From: Candidatus Eiseniibacteriota bacterium
GTDB lineage: Bacteria; Eisenbacteria; RBG-16-71-46
Reading direction: 5' to 3'
Assembly: GCA_963744995.1 (NCBI GenBank)
Contig: CAVUWA010000010.1
Location: 160,001-224,000 of the forward strand
DNA: 64,000 bases
Shown: piece by piece, positions 58,991 through 64,000 of the stretch
How positions within the stretch are numbered: position 1 is the stretch's first letter
How the letters are laid out: every line of letters starts with the position of its first letter
Program-made: the position numbers and the translations under genes
Notes under the pieces: generated by a model
What the model saw: only the letters and a program-made list of their open reading frames with translations
The model's database searches: none
Told to the model about the DNA's origin: nothing

Positions 58991-59506
58991 ATGAAGCTCT
59001 GGGTCACGCTCGAAGACCACGAGGCCGAGGTCGAGTTCAAGACCGACGGCGAGCGGCTATGGCTCGAAATCGAGGGCGAGCGGCTCGAGGCCGACTTCGC
59101 GCGCCTGCCGGACGGCGAGGTCTACTCGCTGCTCGTCGGCGGTCGCTCGCACGAAGTCCGCGTCTCCCCCGTGGACGGCCGGCTCGACGTCACGCTCAAC
59201 GGTGCGTCGCTGGCGATCGAGGTGCGGCATCCGCTCGAGAAGATGCTGGCGCGCGTCCGCCACGACGGACCGGCTTCGGGCGACGAGACCATTGCGGCGC
59301 CGATGCCGGGGTCGGTGGTCGCGATCAAGGTGAAGCCCGGCGACCGGGTCGAGCCCGGCCAGGCCGTCATCGTGGTCGAGGCGATGAAGATGCAGAACGA
59401 GCTCGCCACGCGCGGGGGCGGCGTCGTGAAGGACGTCCTCGTCGAGGAGCACGCTCCGGTCTCGGCCGGCCAGGCGCTGGTGCGAATCCATGCGGGGGAT
59501 GCATGA
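58991..59506 (+). CDS. Biotin carboxyl carrier protein
   Basis: [13 protein letters not shown] biotinylation motif. Confidence 0.93.
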   Translation: MKLWVTLEDHEAEVEFKTDGERLWLEIEGERLEADFARLPDGEVYSLLVGGRSHEVRVSPVDGRLDVTLNGASLAIEVRHPLEKMLARVRHDGPASGDETIAAPMPGSVVAIKVKPGDRVEPGQAVIVVEAMKMQNELATRGGGVVKDVLVEEHAPVSAGQALVRIHAGDA

Positions 59507-61146
59507 GCGCGAAGCCACGCGGACGCCGCGCGAAGGCGCCGGCGACCCGGGCGCAGGCCGCGCCGGGCGCCGGGCGCGAAACCACCTCCGGCATCACGAT
59601 CCGCCGCGTCTACGACCCCGGCGACGTGCCGGCGGGCGCGCCCTGGCTGCACGTGCCGCCCGGCGAGCCGCCGTTCACGCGCGGGATCCATTCCGGCATG
59701 TACCGCTCGCGGCTCTGGACCATGCGCCAGTACGCCGGGTTCGGCAGCGCCACGCAGACCAACGAGCGGTTCCGCTACCTGCTCGAGCAGGGACAGACGG
59801 GACTCTCGGTCGCCTTCGACCTGCCGACGCAGATGGGCTACGACTCCGATCATCCGCTCGCCAGGGGCGAGGTCGGCAAGGTCGGCGTCGCGATCAGCTG
59901 CATGTCCGACATGGAGACGCTGCTCGACCGACTGCCGCTCGAACGCGTCACGACCTCGATGACGATCAACGCGACCGCGCCGCTGTTGCTGGCATTCTAC
60001 GTCGCGGTGGCCGACGCGCGCGGCGTGCCCCGCACGAGCCTCGGTGGCACGGTGCAGAACGACGTGCTCAAGGAGTACGTCGCACGCGGCACCTACATCT
60101 ATCCGCCCGAGGCCTCGCTGCGGCTGATCACCGACGTGTTCGAGTTCACCGCCGCCGAGGTGCCGCAGTGGAACAGCATTTCGGTGAGCGGCTACCACAT
60201 GCGTGAGGCCGGCGCGACGGCGGTGCAGGAGCTGGCGTTCACGCTCGCCAACGGCCTCGCCTACCTCGACGCCGCGCACGCGCGCGGGCTCGACCTCGCA
60301 CGCATCGCGAAGCGGATGTCGTTCTTCTTCAACGCCCACAATCACCTGTTCGAGGAGGCGGCCAAGTTCCGCGCCGCGCGCACGCTCTGGGCGGAGCTGC
60401 TCACCGAGCGCTTCGGTATCGAAGACGCCGACGCCCTGAAGCTGCGCTTCCACACCCAGACCGCCGGCTCGATGCTCACCGCGCAGCAGCCGCTCAACAA
60501 CGTGGTGCGCACCACGGTGCAGGCGCTGGCGGCGATCCTCGGCGGCACGCAGTCGCTGCACACCAATTCCTTCGACGAGGCGCTCGGACTGCCCGGCAGG
60601 GAGGCCGCGCTGCTCGCGCTGCGCACGCAGCAGGTGCTCGCGCACGAGAGCGGGGTCACCGACACCGTGGATCCGCTGGCGGGCTCCTACTTCGTCGAGG
60701 CGCTCACCCACGAGCTGATGACGCGGGCGCGCGTGCTGCTCGAGACCGTGGCGCGTCAGGGCGGCATGATCGCCTCGATCTCGTCCGGATGGGTGCAGGA
60801 GGAGATCCACCGCGCGGCGTACCGCTGGCAGCGCGAAGTCGAGAGCGGCGCGCGCGTGGTGGTCGGCGTCAACCGCTTCGCCGACGACCAGCCGATGCCG
60901 CCGCCGCCGTTCAAGCACGACCCGCGGATCGAGCGGGAGCGGGCGAAGTTCCTCGCACGCTGGCGCGCGGAACGCAATGCGCACGCAGCACAGAAGGCGC
61001 TCGCGCGCCTCGAGAAGGACGCGCGCGGCGATGCCAACCTGATGCCCGCGATCCTCGCCGCCCTCGTCGCGAAGGCCACGCTCGGCGAGGTGTGCGATGC
61101 GATGCGCGACGTGTTCGGCGTGCACCGGCCGGGGAGCGAGCGGTGA
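59503..61146 (+). CDS. Methylmalonyl-CoA mutase, substrate-binding subunit (no B12-binding domain)
   Basis: [54 protein letters not shown]. Confidence 0.93.
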   Translation: MSAKPRGRRAKAPATRAQAAPGAGRETTSGITIRRVYDPGDVPAGAPWLHVPPGEPPFTRGIHSGMYRSRLWTMRQYAGFGSATQTNERFRYLLEQGQTGLSVAFDLPTQMGYDSDHPLARGEVGKVGVAISCMSDMETLLDRLPLERVTTSMTINATAPLLLAFYVAVADARGVPRTSLGGTVQNDVLKEYVARGTYIYPPEASLRLITDVFEFTAAEVPQWNSISVSGYHMREAGATAVQELAFTLANGLAYLDAAHARGLDLARIAKRMSFFFNAHNHLFEEAAKFRAARTLWAELLTERFGIEDADALKLRFHTQTAGSMLTAQQPLNNVVRTTVQALAAILGGTQSLHTNSFDEALGLPGREAALLALRTQQVLAHESGVTDTVDPLAGSYFVEALTHELMTRARVLLETVARQGGMIASISSGWVQEEIHRAAYRWQREVESGARVVVGVNRFADDQPMPPPPFKHDPRIERERAKFLARWRAERNAHAAQKALARLEKDARGDANLMPAILAALVAKATLGEVCDAMRDVFGVHRPGSER

Positions 61147-61604
61147 GCGACGCGCGCGGCAGCGGCGCCGCGGGCACGGGCGGTCCGGCGTCCGTCACCG
61201 GCCTTTCCCACGTGGCGATCGCGGTACGCGAAGCCGAGCCCGTCGCCGCACTGCTGGAACAGGCGCTGGGCGCGACCCGCGGCGGCGAGGACATGCTGGA
61301 CGGCGGCGGCCTGCGCGTGGTGTTCGTCCACCTGGGGCCGGTGACGTTCGAGCTGCTCGAGCCGCGCTCGATGGACCACACGGTGGCCAGATTCCTCGAC
61401 AAGCACGGGCCCGGGCTCCATCACGTGAGCCTCGACGTCGAGAACCTGGAGACCGCGCTCGAGCGCTGCCGGGCGGCCGGCATCCGCCTGGTCGATAAGG
61501 CCCCGCGCGCGGGCGCGCATGGCTCCCGGGTCGCGTTCCTGCACCCGAAGAGCCTGGGCGGCGTGCTGCTGGAGCTGTGCGGACCGAAGCGTCCCGGCGG
61601 CTGA
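61143..61604 (+). CDS. mce: Methylmalonyl-CoA epimerase
   Basis: HVAIAV, ELLEP, GLHHVS, AFLHPK..GVLLEL. Confidence 0.92.
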   Translation: MSDARGSGAAGTGGPASVTGLSHVAIAVREAEPVAALLEQALGATRGGEDMLDGGGLRVVFVHLGPVTFELLEPRSMDHTVARFLDKHGPGLHHVSLDVENLETALERCRAAGIRLVDKAPRAGAHGSRVAFLHPKSLGGVLLELCGPKRPGG

Positions 61605-61652
61605 ACGCCTCGCGTCGGCGCGGCGGCTTTCTGCTGTCGCCGGGACACCGGG

Positions 61653-62792
61653 TCAGCGAGCCGCCGGCGCTCCATGGGGTGACCACACCGAGCCGTCGCC
61701 GTAGGCGGTGAACAGCCTGCCCCAGCCGGTCTTCATGATGTCGCGCACGCGCGGCTTGCCGTTCACCGGATACCAGTAGCCGTCGTGGTAGAGCCGCGAC
61801 GCAGCGTAGCTCCACGGCACGATCGGCGAGCGCAGCAGCATGTTCTCGAGCGGCTTGAGCGGCCCCCAGTAGATCAGCTTCTGCCCCCACGAGGCGAAGG
61901 TGTTCTCGTTGAGGCTGCCGCGGAACTGGAAGTTCACGTTGCGGATGTCGTCGCCGACGATCTCGATCTCGCTCGGGTTGCCGACGCCGAGTCCGTGCTC
62001 GTGCGCGAGCCGGATGTACTTGAGGTCCGTCATCGGGTCGAAGCCCATCATCTTCGCGGCGATCGCGTCGATCGCCACGCAGTCGCTGGAAGCGAGGATG
62101 TAGTTCTTGACGTGCGGCCGCATCGCGCGCGGGCCCGGCCCTTCCCCGGCGATCGTGCCGTCCATCACCGCGAAGATCCCGGGGTGGATCTCCTTCTGGA
62201 TCCGCAGCAGGTCCACCAGGGTTTCGTGGATCACCGAGTGGGTCCAGTGTCGGTTCAGGTTCAGCAGCCCGCCGAAGGCGTTCTTCATCGAGCCCGTGGT
62301 GCCGGTGAACACGTGGGTCTTCACGGTGGGCATGTGGATCACGTTCTTGCCCATCAGCAGTTTCGGGATCTGGATGCCCTGCTTCTCGAACACCTCGTTC
62401 AGCACGAGCATCTTCGACTTCGGCTCGTAGCGGATCCACTCGGTGGGCGGCTCGCTCAGGTACTGGATCGGCACCCGGTAACGGTCGAGCACGGGCTGCA
62501 GGTGGTTGTTCACCGCGCCCTCGCGGCAGCTCACCACCACGGTGTCATTCTGCGCCGCGATCAGATCGCGTGAGACGTCGTAGCCGTCACGCTTCATCTT
62601 GTCGATGATGCCGTGCATCTGCCACGGCGTGGTGGAGCAGGCGGGCATGTACACGTGCCAGGAGATGTTGATCCGGAGACAGGTCTGCCTCTCGAACGGA
62701 AGGGCTTCGCGGTAGCCCGCGAGATCCATGAGGCGGCCGTAGTCTTCGGTGACGGTTTCGGGCGTGGTGCGGAGAACGGCGACTTTCGACAT
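61653..62792 (-). CDS. DUF362 domain protein
   Basis: INISWH, PTVKTH, GSMKNAFGG, DGTIAGEGPGP, VAIDAIAAKMMGFDP. Confidence 0.85.
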   Translation of the reverse strand: MSKVAVLRTTPETVTEDYGRLMDLAGYREALPFERQTCLRINISWHVYMPACSTTPWQMHGIIDKMKRDGYDVSRDLIAAQNDTVVVSCREGAVNNHLQPVLDRYRVPIQYLSEPPTEWIRYEPKSKMLVLNEVFEKQGIQIPKLLMGKNVIHMPTVKTHVFTGTTGSMKNAFGGLLNLNRHWTHSVIHETLVDLLRIQKEIHPGIFAVMDGTIAGEGPGPRAMRPHVKNYILASSDCVAIDAIAAKMMGFDPMTDLKYIRLAHEHGLGVGNPSEIEIVGDDIRNVNFQFRGSLNENTFASWGQKLIYWGPLKPLENMLLRSPIVPWSYAASRLYHDGYWYPVNGKPRVRDIMKTGWGRLFTAYGDGSVWSPHGAPAAR

Positions 62793-62938
62793 GCGGGATC
62801 CGGGGTTGGAGTTCTGCGGACCGGCCACGGGGCCGGTGGAAACGCGGCGGAAAGTGTAGCAGACGGGGCGGGGGCGGGCGGGGCCCCGGATCCCGATGCC
62901 GCCGGGTTCCGGGGCCGGCGCCCGAATCCGTGCCTTCG

Positions 62939-63448
62939 TTACTTCTTTTCGGCCTGCGCCTTGAGCGCCTTGAGCGTCTCACCCATGCTGGCATCCATCT
63001 GGTCGGCGGTCGCCTTGCGGTCCGCGGGCTTGCTCTCGTCGGTGTACGCCTCGACGTAGCGCACGAGCGTGCCGCCGTCCTTCGGCTCCAGCACGACGGT
63101 GGCCCGGCACATGTAGGAGCCGTCGGTCGGTTCGTGAGCGATCCGCAGCTCTTTGTCCTTCGCCAGGAAGGTGACGACCGAGCGCCCGCCATTGCCCCAG
63201 TCGTCGGTGAACTCGAGCGAGTCGCCGACCCTGGTGAGCTGCACGTCCGCGTTGGCTTCGCTCTTCCACATCGGGCACCAGGTGACGAGGCTCTTGCCGG
63301 TCGTGAGCTTCGCCCAGACGGCGGAAGGCGGCGCCGCGATCTGCGTCTCCGCGCTCAGGCGAACGGTGGGGATCTCCTGCGGGGCCGCGGTGGCGGCGGG
63401 GGCGGCGAGCAGCAGGGCGAGGGCGACGAGAACGAATCGCTGGGTCAT
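62939..63448 (-). CDS. Secreted SRPBCC/START-like protein
   Basis: Signal peptide; IAAPPSAVWAKLT..WCP, LEPKDGGTLV, C-terminal LKALKAQAE helix. Confidence 0.8.
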   Translation of the reverse strand: MTQRFVLVALALLLAAPAATAAPQEIPTVRLSAETQIAAPPSAVWAKLTTGKSLVTWCPMWKSEANADVQLTRVGDSLEFTDDWGNGGRSVVTFLAKDKELRIAHEPTDGSYMCRATVVLEPKDGGTLVRYVEAYTDESKPADRKATADQMDASMGETLKALKAQAEKK

Positions 63449-63612
63449 GGGGTCCTCTCCGGGTTGTGGCCGCGGCGCCATCTTCGTGCGGGCCTGCGAT
63501 CCAGACCCGCCGGGCAGGGCGCCCGACGTGGCGGCAGTCTAACGCCTTCCGACGACGGACTGCAGCACGGAATGCGCCGGCGGAGCCGGCGCGGCTGCGC
63601 CGCGGGCCCGGG

Positions 63613-64000
63613 CTAGACCGCGGCGCCTTCCCTGAGCAGCGAGCGCGCGATCACCAGACGCTGGATCTCCGAGGTGCCTTCGTAGATCTCCATGACGCGC
63701 GCGTCGCGGTAGTAGCGTTCGACGGGATAATCCTTCACGTAGCCGTAGCCGCCGTGCACCTGGATCGCCTGATGCGTGACGAACGTCGCCGCCTCGCTCG
63801 CATACAGCTTGGCCATGGACGCGGCGCGCGAGTACGGCTGATCGGTGTCCTTGAGCCATGCCGCCTTGCGGATCAGCAGCTCGCTGGCCTGGATGCGACG
63901 CTCCATCTCGGACAGCTTGAACTGCACCGCCTGGATCTTCGAGATCGGGCCGCCGAACGCGCGGCGCTCCTGCGCGTAGCGTACCGCTTCGCCGAACGCC
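63613..64000 (-). CDS. Acyl-CoA dehydrogenase, C-terminal part (runs off window)
   Basis: RRAFG, ASMAKLYASE, QVHGGYGY, RDARVMEIYEGTSEIQR. Confidence 0.94.
   Translation of the reverse strand, partial: AFGEAVRYAQERRAFGGPISKIQAVQFKLSEMERRIQASELLIRKAAWLKDTDQPYSRAASMAKLYASEAATFVTHQAIQVHGGYGYVKDYPVERYYRDARVMEIYEGTSEIQRLVIARSLLREGAAV

Overview
64 kb of a very GC-rich, diderm bacterial chromosome (LptD, outer-membrane barrels, PorX-like regulator; an FCB-associated lineage such as Ca. Eisenbacteria is a guess only). It is mostly housekeeping and metabolic genes: tgt-yajC-def-fmt-rsmB-PASTA-rpe; ffh-rpsP; serS; porX-like-tsaE-tsaB/rimI-accD-folC-lptD; acpS-biotin carboxylase-BCCP-methylmalonyl-CoA mutase-epimerase; CBS-CGL; hydantoinase/oxoprolinase A-B; two ECF sigma loci. 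I recognised no rRNA, tRNA, CRISPR array or transposase. Highlights: (1) a hidden secreted selenoprotein (in-frame UGA in a C-G-U motif followed by a SECIS-like hairpin) that joins a degenerate UshA-like domain to a tetraheme cytochrome c; (2) a Cyc2-like cytochrome-porin split by one extra base, in an operon with a divergent Memo-like protein; (3) the same ECF-type promoter (GCGCAAC-N17-CGTA) in front of both DUF4097 genes; (4) a candidate ~98-nt structured RNA starting at a predicted sigma70 +1; (5) duplicated MarR operator/promoters; (6) a cluster of single-base insertions at 50.7-53.8 kb that look like consensus errors. All family calls come from motif recognition by eye; no searches were run.
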